Source of the DNA: a virus
DNA length: 64,000 nt
Virus record (IMG/VR): IMGVR_UViG_3300046535_000869
Coordinates: 38,083 to 102,082 of that record
Direction: 5' to 3' (one strand)
The notes under the pieces were generated by a model. It worked only from the letters and a program-made list of their open reading frames with translations, did not search any database and had not been told where the DNA came from. Of the stretch, positions 29,626 through 38,704 are shown in pieces (the stretch's first letter is position 1; every line of letters starts with the position of its first letter). Both the position numbers and the translations under genes were made by a program.

Positions 29626-30752
29626 GCCTGCCACTCCTCGCCGGGCCGCGCCACGCCTGCCCATCCGAACCCAGACTTGCCTTGCCCCGCCTTGCCTGCC
29701 GGACACCGCCTCGCTCTTCCTGACCTCTCCCTGCCATGCCTGCCAGACCGGACGAAGCCGGGCCTAGCCTCACCACGCCTGCCGAGCCGCTCCGCGCGCC
29801 GCCTAGCCTTACCTGTCCAGGCCCTGCTTCGCCTGGCCTGCCGAACCGCGCCTAGCCCAGCGCAACCGGACCTCGCCTGGCCTGCCGCTCCGTTCTTAGC
29901 CCAGCCAAGCCAGGCCGGGTCCAGCCCAACCTCGCCTGCCGCTCCACGCCACGCGATGCCGAACCCGTCAGCGCCGCGCACCGCCACGCCTGCCGAACCG
30001 TGCCGAACCGTGCCGAACCGTGCCAGGCCCAGCCTCGCCTCGCCAGGCCCATCCTGCCGAGCCGAGCCATGCCATTCCCGGCCTCGCCTTTCCTTACCTG
30101 CCTCGCCGAACACCGACTCGCCCTGCCTGGCTTCGCCCTGCCATGCCTGCCGAACCAGACCCAGCCAGTCCTCGCCTTACCTAACCAAGCCTGCCAAGCC
30201 CGACCGCGCCATTCCCGGCCGCGCCAGGACACGCCTAGCCTGCCGAGCCGCGCGCAACCTTACCCCGCCTGTCGTTACCCAACCACTCCATACCTGGCCT
30301 GCCGAGCCTAACCTATCCACGCATGACCACGCCTTGCCCAGCATTACCGAGCCTGCCGCTCCGAACTAAACCCAGCCGCGCCCGGCCGCGCAGCGCCTAA
30401 CCAGTCCTGCCGAACCGCGCCAGACCTAGCCGACCTGACCTAGCCGAACCTGCCGAACCGCTCCATGCCCGTCCCGACTACGCCCCGCTGGGCCAGTCAT
30501 GACCACGCCTGCCGATCCGACCTCACCAGTCCAGGCCCGGCCGAGCCTCGCCCCGCCTGCCAGACCTCGCTGGACCTTGCCCTACCAGACGCCGCCTTGC
30601 CGCGCCTGCCGTTCCTTGCCTCTCCAAGCCCGAACACGCCAGACCAGGCCAGTCCTAGCCCTACCACGCCTGCCTCGCCGTGACCCGCCATGCACCGCTG
30701 TGCCACGCCTGCCGAACCAGGCCGCGCCAGTCCTAGCCCTGCCTTGCCTGCC
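29626..30752 (-). ncRNA. GGY-NN pentamer array (~23 units delimited by GGCA), putative guide-RNA precursor
   Basis: Minus strand reads GGCA GGC AA GGC AG GGC TA GGA CT GGC GC GGC CT GGT TC GGCA GGC GT... Delimiter spacings are almost all 5n+4 nt. No credible protein in any frame. Confidence 0.8.
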
Positions 30753-30757
30753 GAGAC

Positions 30758-31387
30758 TTAGACGCGCTCGAACCGGCCCCAGCCCAGCGCGCTCGACCGC
30801 TCCGGCCGTCCCTCGCAGATCCCGACGCCCCAACCCGCCTGGTCAATCAGCGCCAGAAGCTGGGCCTGGCTGATGAGCCGAGGGTTGAATTCGATGCGGA
30901 CCCTGAGCTGCCAGTGCGGGTAGATCGGCCGGTAGACGAGGCCGCGCGTGTTGATCCCGATGGTGACCGCGTCCTCCCGCATCGCGCCGATGGCTGGCCC
31001 GCCGTTCGGCGTCTCGATGGGAACATACGCCGCGCCAGGCGACGCCACGCTGTCGACGAAGATCGCCTGCCGGAGCGCAACCTTGGTCAGATCGTCGAAC
31101 GCCGTCGCCGCCGAGATGAGGGACTTCTTGAGCGCCGTGATCGGCGCGCACTCCCGGCCCTGCTCGTCGACGTACCGCGCCGCCAGGAACTCCGTCTCCG
31201 GCACGCGCTCCGCCTTCGCCTTCTTCGCCTTCTTCTGCTGCTTGTCCCGGATCTCCTGCTTGGCCTTCTCGGCGAACGCATGGATGACCAGAGGCGATCC
31301 GTTGCGCCCGCGCAGCGTGACCTCGATGCTCTGGATGCCGGTCGTTGCCGTGTTCTCGGTTGGTGCTGCCAGTACTGCCGTCGTCAT
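30758..31387 (-). CDS. Stand-alone Cas7/RAMP-superfamily-like protein
   Basis: IEVTLRG..SPLVIH (beta1 + SPLhiG-like), APITALKKSLISAA (IPgsslKGalr-like), thumb-like REDAVTIG...YRP, C-terminal Gly-rich loop AGWGVGICEGRP....LGWGRF. Confidence 0.75.
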   Translation of the reverse strand: MTTAVLAAPTENTATTGIQSIEVTLRGRNGSPLVIHAFAEKAKQEIRDKQQKKAKKAKAERVPETEFLAARYVDEQGRECAPITALKKSLISAATAFDDLTKVALRQAIFVDSVASPGAAYVPIETPNGGPAIGAMREDAVTIGINTRGLVYRPIYPHWQLRVRIEFNPRLISQAQLLALIDQAGWGVGICEGRPERSSALGWGRFERV

Positions 31388-31408
31388 CTTCGTCTCCTTG
31401 GTGAGTTG

Positions 31409-31963
31409 TTATTTGAGCTTCACGTTTCGGCCTTCGAGTTTGAGGCGGTCGGCCAGGGCCTGCTGGTCCGCCGCGTCGACGCAGGACACGGACAACCAGC
31501 ACGCGGTCGTCTCGCCCTTCGCGATCTTCTTGGTTTCCTTGATCTGCGCGCGCACCTGGTCGCGCGTGAGATGTTCCGCCTCGGCCTTGTCGAGCCAGGC
31601 GTCCTGCTGGTCCGGTTCCAGCGGCGCGACCTCCTGATGAATCGCGAACGGGAGCGACTCGCGCCGACGGCTCGGAGGAATCGCGCGCGCGACCCAGGCC
31701 AGGTTGTCCGCCGTCCCAGACTCGTAGTCGACCGCGTCGAGGAACTGGCTGTACGTCTCCGGGAAGGTGACCTCGCCGAACGCCAGCAGATCGCCGACCC
31801 AGAACGGACTCGCCCGGTGCGCGTGCTTGGCCCAGGCCAGCGTCTCGCCCCACTCCTCGACGGTCATGTCCTCGGTCGCGACGACACGGTTGCCCTCGAA
31901 CTCGAACTTCCCAATCGTGAACGGAGCGACCTCTAGGGCCTCAGCGACAGCTTCCATCGTCAT
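31409..31963 (-). CDS. LmbU-like DNA-binding protein
   Basis: FWVGDLLAFGE...Y...NLAWVARAIPPSRRRESLPFAIHQEVA...WLDKA. Confidence 0.7.
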   Translation of the reverse strand: MTMEAVAEALEVAPFTIGKFEFEGNRVVATEDMTVEEWGETLAWAKHAHRASPFWVGDLLAFGEVTFPETYSQFLDAVDYESGTADNLAWVARAIPPSRRRESLPFAIHQEVAPLEPDQQDAWLDKAEAEHLTRDQVRAQIKETKKIAKGETTACWLSVSCVDAADQQALADRLKLEGRNVKLK

Positions 31964-32418
31964 CTCCTAGCGCCGAACACTTCGCCCAGCACTTGAATCG
32001 CCCGGCCACTATATATCATATCAGTAGTGAAACGCAAGAGCCGATATCCAGCCAGCGTGAGCGCATTATACTTCTCGATGTCGTTCACGTACCCCTGCCC
32101 GAAGTTGTGCCGAGACTTCTGCCATGTCCCGCCCTCGACCTCGACGACCAGGCGACGGACAGCCCAGTAGAAGTCCACCTGCCACTTGCGCCCAGGAATC
32201 AGACGGACCTCGCGCTCTGGAGCCGGGATGCCATCCGAGTTGAGCTGGAGCAGGAGCGCCTCCTCGCCAGGACTCGGCGCGCGCTTCGCCTTGCGCCGCT
32301 CGACCGGCGTTTCCTCCGGCCAGTCGCGGACGACCTCGGCCCGCTTCAGATCGGCGCGCGGTTTCGGGAGCCGCCGCTTGAGTCGCATCACGTCGGCCTC
32401 GGTCCAGCGTTGCGTCAT
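31960..32418 (-). CDS. Vsr/DUF559-like PD-(D/E)XK endonuclease
   Basis: EREVRLIPGRKWQVDFYW...VVEVEGG...DIEKYNALTLAGYRLLRFT. Confidence 0.8.
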   Translation of the reverse strand: MTQRWTEADVMRLKRRLPKPRADLKRAEVVRDWPEETPVERRKAKRAPSPGEEALLLQLNSDGIPAPEREVRLIPGRKWQVDFYWAVRRLVVEVEGGTWQKSRHNFGQGYVNDIEKYNALTLAGYRLLRFTTDMIYSGRAIQVLGEVFGARR

Positions 32419-32605
32419 GCAGGACTCCACGTCGTCGAGCACCACGTACAGAAGAACTCGCCAGACGGTTTCGCGATGGCCCCGGTCTGTTGACAGCTCG
32501 GACATCTCGCCGACGTGAGGCGCGAGCGCTCGGCCTTGTCCTTCGGCAGCTTCATCATCGGCCGCGCGCCGGGCCGACGGAGGCCCAACTTCTCGTTGAT
32601 CTTGC

Positions 32606-32854
32606 TCATCGCCAGCCCGCGTCGTAGAGGTCAACCTGCATCTGGAGGTTCAACCAGAACTCCGGCGTCGTCTTCGTGTACTGCGCGAAGATGAGCGCCA
32701 CGCGCGTCGACACATTCCGCCGACCGTGGATGATGTCGCCGAGGTACGTCGCCGCGATGCCCATCTTCCGCGCGGCGTCCTGCTGGGTCTCGGATAGAAA
32801 CTGCTCAATGAAGACCTGACCGGGAGGCGTCGGCTCGCGCTGCTTCGGCGTCAT
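32606..32854 (-). CDS. HigA-family antitoxin / XRE HTH protein
   Basis: PTPPGQVFIEQFL...QQDAARKMG...IIHGRRNVS...TPEFWLNLQ..DL. Confidence 0.8.
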   Translation of the reverse strand: MTPKQREPTPPGQVFIEQFLSETQQDAARKMGIAATYLGDIIHGRRNVSTRVALIFAQYTKTTPEFWLNLQMQVDLYDAGWR

Positions 32855-33258
32855 GCGACCTCTGTGCTCTGGACGATGCCCATGAACCTGCGCGCGTCCC
32901 TGAAGCGCAGCTTGATCCGCCGCTCAGTCACGTCGCGATGGCAAACGTGGCAGAGTCTTCCGCAAACTAAAATATTGAAGCGGAGGTATGGAGCCATCCC
33001 GCGTGTCGCCGAACGTGGCGGATCTTCGTGCATTTCATCCGGCCTTCCATCGCACTCGCCGCGCCTGAGACCAGCGCAGACCTGACAGCGCTCGTGCAGG
33101 AGGAAGACGATCTCATGGGTCTGCTGGATGATAGCCGCTTCGAGCGCGTCGGCTTGGTCCTTCTTCTCGGCGCGCGTCTGGCCGATGCCGAACGCCGCCG
33201 TCTGCTTGTACTGCTGGAGCGCCGAGCGTGCGCGCGTCAGCTTCTTCTTCGGCCTCAC
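32851..33258 (-). CDS. HNH-like protein
   Basis: CQVC...MHE...LCHVCH. Confidence 0.55.
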   Translation of the reverse strand: MRPKKKLTRARSALQQYKQTAAFGIGQTRAEKKDQADALEAAIIQQTHEIVFLLHERCQVCAGLRRGECDGRPDEMHEDPPRSATRGMAPYLRFNILVCGRLCHVCHRDVTERRIKLRFRDARRFMGIVQSTEVA

Positions 33259-34727
33259 ATGACCCGCCTTCCGTCGGTCGCTTGGTCGTTCCGTTTGATG
33301 TGTAGCACAGCTCCGCTGAAGTCTGCATCGAGCGCGACCAGCGGACAGCCTGTCGAGCCGTCGAGCCGGTAGGTTGTCCCGCAGGACCGGCAGACGAAGT
33401 CGCCGACGCGCAGCACCATCCGATTGTCTTGGTCGAGGCCGAGGCTCCAGCCTAACTTCAGGTCTGGCGCAGCGCAGCACAGCTCAGTCATACGTCATGC
33501 TTCAATCTGCCGAGGATCATGTGCTCCACGGCCTGCTGTTGTTTCGGCGTGACGACGCCGGACGCGACCATCGTCGCCCGGATGCCCGTCATCGTCTCGC
33601 GACACCAGTCGTACTTGCCGGTCGCTAGATGCCGGTCGATGACGTCGATGTAGTACTCGGCTGACGGCTTCATTCGAGGTCGATCTTTCTGGTCTTCCCG
33701 TCCGGGAGGACCGGGTCCACGTAGGGTTCAGGCTTCGGCTTTTTGACCGGCGGGAACTTCGGCACGCGCCCGCCGCCGTCGAACTCGTACTCCTCGTCTG
33801 GCGCTTCGTGCGAGACCGACACGCTCGGCGACGGCGAGTACGAGAAGTCCGAATGCGAACCTGACTCCGACTCCGAGTACTCCGGGTCCAGCGTGACACC
33901 GGCCGGGATATGCTTCGCCGCCGACAGGACGCCGTAGACTTGCTGCTTCGCCAGCATCACTGCCTCGTCGCTCGCGTCGCCAACGCCGACGGCCTTCGCG
34001 CTCCAATCGCTCGGATGGCCGTAGGTCTGCTGGCAGTGGTCGCAGAAGACGAACCGCCCGCCGCTGTAGAGCGCCCACTCCGGTTGATGGAACAGGATAC
34101 ACCGCAAGCGCGACGCCGCCGTGATTAGCTTGCCGGGCTTCATTCGAGGTCAATCAGCCGCGTCTTGCCGTCGGCGAGGACCGGCTCAGGCTCCGGCTTC
34201 TTCGGCTCGATGACCTGGCGCGTCGCCCTTGGAGCAGGAACCAGTACCGCCTCGTTATTCCACGCCGGGTCGTAGGCGCTGTAGCCTGACGCGACCAGCG
34301 GGTAGACCTTCGGCTTCTGGAGACCAGAGACCCACTTCTTGACCGAGTCACTTAACGTTGTCACGTCTATCGGCGCGTCGAGGATGACCGTCGCCGTCCC
34401 GTCGTCTGGATGGTTCTCGTGGTTCCGAAGCGCCAGGCCAAGGTGCCACGGTGAGCACGCGACGATGGTCTTCCCGGTCTGCTTACTGACCTCAGAGCAG
34501 CGCGCCTGGAAGCCGTCGACGTCGACGCCGCAGACCGGACACGCGATGTCCTGGTGCTCGATGCCCGCCTGCTCGCGCGCCGCCTTGACCGCCTCCTTGA
34601 TGTGGTCGTTCGAGCATGCCTCCAGCTTGACGCCGTTGACCTGGGCCTCCCAGACGCCGCCCGTCAGGAAGCCGTGGCAGTACGAGCAGCGCCGAGCCGG
34701 AGGAGCCTTCGGAGACTCCAGGCCCAT
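33255..34727 (-). CDS. Four coupled hypothetical ORFs (33255-33491, 33488-33673, 33670-34143, 34140-34727), several Cys-rich
   Basis: ATGA overlaps; CxxC motifs. Confidence 0.55.
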
Positions 34728-35002
34728 TACTCGAAGATCCAGACCCTGGACGCGCGGTAGCCGTTCCCGTTGCCCTTTGTGTCCTTCGGCTTGCCGTCGT
34801 CGTCGAGGACCGGGACGAACTTGCAGTCCATGTCGTTGACGACGTCCTCCCACGGAACCGGCGAGCCGGTCATCATCGACCGATGGAAGAAGAAGTCCAT
34901 CCCGGTCTCCGTGTGACTGATGAAGCCGAACCCCTCGACTTGCTTCACGGCCTTGACCACACCGTTCAGCGTCGCCTTCTCCATCTCCTCCGTCAGATTC
35001 AT
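34727..35002 (-). CDS. Cold-shock domain protein
   Basis: GVVK...EGFGFI (RNP1), DFFFHRS (RNP2). Confidence 0.85.
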   Translation of the reverse strand: MNLTEEMEKATLNGVVKAVKQVEGFGFISHTETGMDFFFHRSMMTGSPVPWEDVVNDMDCKFVPVLDDDGKPKDTKGNGNGYRASRVWIFE

Positions 35003-35003
35003 C

Positions 35004-35450
35004 TCACGCCTCCGTATGCCAGTGTTTTCGCGGTCGCCCCACTTTGTTGTAGGGCGGGTTGTGTTCGACGATGAGCGCCTTCTCGAACTTCAGATCCTGG
35101 CGTTCCCCGGTTGACCAGTCCGTCGGCGGACGCCTCACGCTGACCGTCCAGTCGCTCCAGTTCACACAGGTCCAGCCCTTCCCGTTCGCCAGCGCGCTCC
35201 GCAATCGCAGCGCGATTGGCATCTCCGTCAGGCCGACGTACTGAACCGTGCCGTCAGGCGACCGCAGGATGTATGCCCCCGTCGCCAGGTCCGTCCGGTC
35301 CTCCCTGCCGAAGACCGCCTTCCTCGATACGATGTCAATAATCAGGACGCGCTCACTCTCAGCGCCGCTGTCAGGAACCGCGACATAACGCGCACGAAAC
35401 CGACGACAGTACCGCTCCTCGATGTCCCAAAGATCCTTAGAAGTAGCCAT
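35004..35450 (-). CDS. GIY-YIG nuclease-like protein
   Basis: GAY...YVG...R...EKALI...PPYN. Confidence 0.75.
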   Translation of the reverse strand: MATSKDLWDIEERYCRRFRARYVAVPDSGAESERVLIIDIVSRKAVFGREDRTDLATGAYILRSPDGTVQYVGLTEMPIALRLRSALANGKGWTCVNWSDWTVSVRRPPTDWSTGERQDLKFEKALIVEHNPPYNKVGRPRKHWHTEA

Positions 35451-35568
35451 AATCTCCTCCCTCTAATACTGAGAATAAAGTAAGAATACCCTACTTTAAG
35501 AAAGTTCCTTTAGAGAGAGAAGTAGAAAAGTTTCTAAAAATGGTCGTTCTTTGTTTACTCTCACTTCG
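35451..35568. other. AT-rich intergenic tract, candidate replication origin
   Basis: Most AT-rich stretch seen in the window, directly after the primase-helicase stop. Confidence 0.45.
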
Positions 35569-37767
35569 TCAGCCTTCAAAAAGATCTTCCTTGGTTAGCT
35601 CGAAGCCCTTGTAGGCGACTGTGTTATGGACCTTCACGCGCTCGAACGGTCGACGCGCCATCAGGTTACTGAACGACTTCGACGTCATCATCTCGCGCTC
35701 CCGAATGCCCTGGGCTTCAGCCCATTTACGATAAGCGTTGTAGAGCGCTGGTAGAGAGACCACCGACGTCACCGTCGCCGCGTCGCACCTGGTCCGCGCC
35801 TCGAAGAACTCGGCGACCGGATCTTCCCCTTGCTGGTAGACCTCCGTCGCCTCCTGGACGACCGGCGGAATCGGCAGGCCGTGTGCCTGCCATTCGAGAC
35901 AGCCTCGCACAGCCCATGCCAAGATGCCTGGCGCTTCCGCCTTCAGCGTCTGCCGTAGCGTTCGATCTTCGGCCGAGCCTTGGAACGTTCGCAGGAACGG
36001 AACCAGGCGGACCCGCCGCCAGAACCCGAAGCTGTCATCGGCGACCTTCGGCCGATGGTTCACGCCCAGCCAGATCTTCCCTTGCGGGCGAATCGTGAAC
36101 GACCGGCCGTACTTGTGCTCAGCCCGGAGACTTTCGCCGCCGGTAAAGTTTTTCAGCGTGTGCTCGTTCATCCGGCTGTTCGGCTTGATCTCGGCCGCGA
36201 AGACCAGACGCTTACCCCGGAAGTCCGCGTTGTGGAACGTGTTCTGGTCCGCGCCGTTCCCGGCGAAGATCCGCATGTCGGCCCGATGGCCGTAGGTTCC
36301 CCAGACGGTCTCCAATGTATCAAGGAATATACTTTTGCCGTTGCTCCCGGCCCCGTAGGCGACGAAGAAACACTGCTCGCGCATGTCGGCCGTTAGGCTG
36401 TAGCCGAGCGCCCGATGGATGTACGTGACAATCTCCAGGTTCTCCTCGAACACTTCCTCGACGAAGCGCTCCCACCTGGGACACGTCGCGTCCTTGTCGT
36501 AGGGTGTGCCAGTCTGCTGGGTGATGCAGTCGTCGAACTGCCCAGGCCGTAGCTCGCCCGTCTTCAGATCGAGCACGCCGTTCGGACAGCCCATCAGCCA
36601 GCCGTTCGAGTCCCAGGCTTCGCCGTCGCTCGCGATGGGCGTCAGCGCCCGCGCCTGGCCCATCATCGCCACGATCTTCCCGCGCTGTTCCCGGCCCAGG
36701 GCGAACTCCGTGATGGCCTTGCGCCGGGAGTAGTCGGTCAGCTCGGTCGACGCTGCCGCCTCGGCCTGCCACTTCCTGACGTGTTCGTGCGCCAGGCGGT
36801 AGGCGTGCTCGTCCGCGTCCGGTCGCCAGTGATGCCCTTGCCAGATCAACCACTGCTCGCGCTGGTGGTCGAACCGGACGACGTCGCCGAACCGGTCACG
36901 GAACGCCTCCGCCGCGCCCAGGTCGGTCAGGTTGTACGCGCCTGGGTCGATGACGCCCTTCGCCAGCGGGACCGGCCCCTCGACGACAATCGGCGCGAGG
37001 CCCGCCGCCGGGACGACGTAGAGCGCCGCCGCCAGCCGGGCCTTCAGATCGTCGGCCGTGTTCCCGGCGTTCAGCCAGTCGCTGACATCGCCATGCGCGC
37101 CCAGGCCAGGGAGATCGACGACGTTCACGCCGAGGCCCGCCGCCTTCGACTTCTGCGCGACGACGTCGGCATGGTTTTTGCCAGCTTCGTCGTTGTCTGG
37201 CAGGATGATGATCCGCGCCGCGCCCGCCGCCTTGAGCGCCTGGGACTCGCCCGCGCCCCACTTCTTCGCGCCCGCCGTCGATGTCGTGGCCGGGATGCCG
37301 ACGGACCAGAGGCGATCCGCGTCCTTCTCGCCCTCGACGACGACGACGACCTCCTTGTCCTTCAGCTCGTTCAGCCGGTACGGGAGGCGCTTGACGCCGG
37401 TCATATTCCAGACCCAGCCGCCGACGCCGTCCGGCCGACGCTGGCGGAACTGCTTCCCAGGGTAGCGGCAGACCTGGTAGACGAGCGCCCCGAAGGCGTC
37501 CTTGTAGTCGTAGGTCGCGATGGGGAGCTGCTCGACCGGGTCGGTCTTCGTGAACAGGTCCGCCATGCTCAGGCCCATCGCCGACAGAATCGAGGACGGC
37601 GCGCAGCCCGCGTGACAGAAGATCAGCGCCCGGCCGTCGTCGCCCTCGTCAATCTTGAGACTTTGGACCTGGTCTTCGTGCGCCGGACAGCGACCTAACC
37701 AGCCGCCGTTGCCAGGTTTGACTCCGCCGATCTTTGTGAGTAGAGCCTCGACTGCACTTGATGGCAC
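35569..37767 (-). CDS. Primase-helicase (Zn finger + TOPRIM + D5/P4-type SF3 helicase)
   Basis: CPAHED...CHAGC, VEGEKDAD, PDNDEAG, D5_N region, GAGSNGKS, FWRRVRLVPF. Confidence 0.93.
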   Translation of the reverse strand: MPSSAVEALLTKIGGVKPGNGGWLGRCPAHEDQVQSLKIDEGDDGRALIFCHAGCAPSSILSAMGLSMADLFTKTDPVEQLPIATYDYKDAFGALVYQVCRYPGKQFRQRRPDGVGGWVWNMTGVKRLPYRLNELKDKEVVVVVEGEKDADRLWSVGIPATTSTAGAKKWGAGESQALKAAGAARIIILPDNDEAGKNHADVVAQKSKAAGLGVNVVDLPGLGAHGDVSDWLNAGNTADDLKARLAAALYVVPAAGLAPIVVEGPVPLAKGVIDPGAYNLTDLGAAEAFRDRFGDVVRFDHQREQWLIWQGHHWRPDADEHAYRLAHEHVRKWQAEAAASTELTDYSRRKAITEFALGREQRGKIVAMMGQARALTPIASDGEAWDSNGWLMGCPNGVLDLKTGELRPGQFDDCITQQTGTPYDKDATCPRWERFVEEVFEENLEIVTYIHRALGYSLTADMREQCFFVAYGAGSNGKSIFLDTLETVWGTYGHRADMRIFAGNGADQNTFHNADFRGKRLVFAAEIKPNSRMNEHTLKNFTGGESLRAEHKYGRSFTIRPQGKIWLGVNHRPKVADDSFGFWRRVRLVPFLRTFQGSAEDRTLRQTLKAEAPGILAWAVRGCLEWQAHGLPIPPVVQEATEVYQQGEDPVAEFFEARTRCDAATVTSVVSLPALYNAYRKWAEAQGIREREMMTSKSFSNLMARRPFERVKVHNTVAYKGFELTKEDLFEG

Positions 37768-37855
37768 GCCTCCGCCTCCAGCCCCAGGTTCGTAGTGTCA
37801 CAGATGAAGACCGCGAGCCGGAGGGAAGCCGGGACGCCAGGGAAGAATAAAGTCA

Positions 37856-38704
37856 TCATCGTCGTCGTCTCACGCCCGCGTGGACAGGCACAGCCCGCAC
37901 GCCAGGATAGGCTTTCTCGACTTGCTCCTTGAGCGCCGTGGCCTGCTTGTTGAGCTGAGGCCCCAGCGCGTCCATCAGAGGCTCGATGTCAAGATGGCAG
38001 CGCCCGGCGAGCCAGGCTTCCATCAGCAGCTTGAAGTCGAAGACCTCGGCGGACCAGGTCGTCCGCACGCTCGCGCCTGCTATCGGTGCGGGCCGACGCT
38101 CGATCTCCACAGGTGCGGCCTTAACCTGGACGGCCGCGACGGCCGCGCTCTCCTGGCGGAAGGCTTCCGCGAGCGCCGGGTTCGGCTCGGCCTCCGCGAT
38201 CCGCTCGTAGGTTGCCGCCTTCGCCGCCTGGGCCGCGCGTGCCGCCGCGTCAGCGGCCTCCTGGTCGCGTCGCTGCTTCTCCCTGGCCAGTCTGTCCTGC
38301 TCGACCTTGAACGCGCCCAGGCGTCGCGACAGGGCCTGCTTGACCGGCTCCAGCGGCTTGGCGACCTCGCCCTCCAGCGCCCGGACGGTGTTGACCAGGG
38401 TGTTCAGCGGCCCCTTGAACCTGGCGTAGTGCTCGACGATCTTGAGCTGAAGGTCTCCCAGTTCCTGGATGACCTCGAAGCCCCGCTTGTTCGCGTCCTC
38501 GTCGACGACCAGTAGCTCGGTCGCCGTCGCGATGAGGATCTCGTCGTCGATGGACAGCTCGAAGGCGTTCGCCTTGAGCGCCGCGACCAGGCCGTCGAGC
38601 GCCGCCTGGCTGGTCAGCTTGTTGTTGAGGATCGTCAGCGCGTCCGGGTCGCGCGCCACTTCGATGTCAGGTAATGCTCGGCCGTGGTCTTCCATCTTCG
38701 TCAT
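37856..38704 (-). CDS. Coiled-coil phage recombination-associated protein
   Basis: Helical and Ala/Glu-rich; adjacent to the exonuclease and annealing protein. Confidence 0.55.
   Translation of the reverse strand: MTKMEDHGRALPDIEVARDPDALTILNNKLTSQAALDGLVAALKANAFELSIDDEILIATATELLVVDEDANKRGFEVIQELGDLQLKIVEHYARFKGPLNTLVNTVRALEGEVAKPLEPVKQALSRRLGAFKVEQDRLAREKQRRDQEAADAAARAAQAAKAATYERIAEAEPNPALAEAFRQESAAVAAVQVKAAPVEIERRPAPIAGASVRTTWSAEVFDFKLLMEAWLAGRCHLDIEPLMDALGPQLNKQATALKEQVEKAYPGVRAVPVHAGVRRRR

Noticed and set aside
29626-30752. Array as canonical CRISPR or simple microsatellite
   Set aside because: No 23-47 bp identical repeats with unique spacers, and the variable dinucleotides are too diverse for a microsatellite.
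29005-30873. Long Pro/Arg/Ala- or Gly/Arg-rich ORFs across the pentamer array
   Set aside because: A 5-nt period with 4-nt register breaks is incompatible with codon structure; stop-free frames arise from composition.
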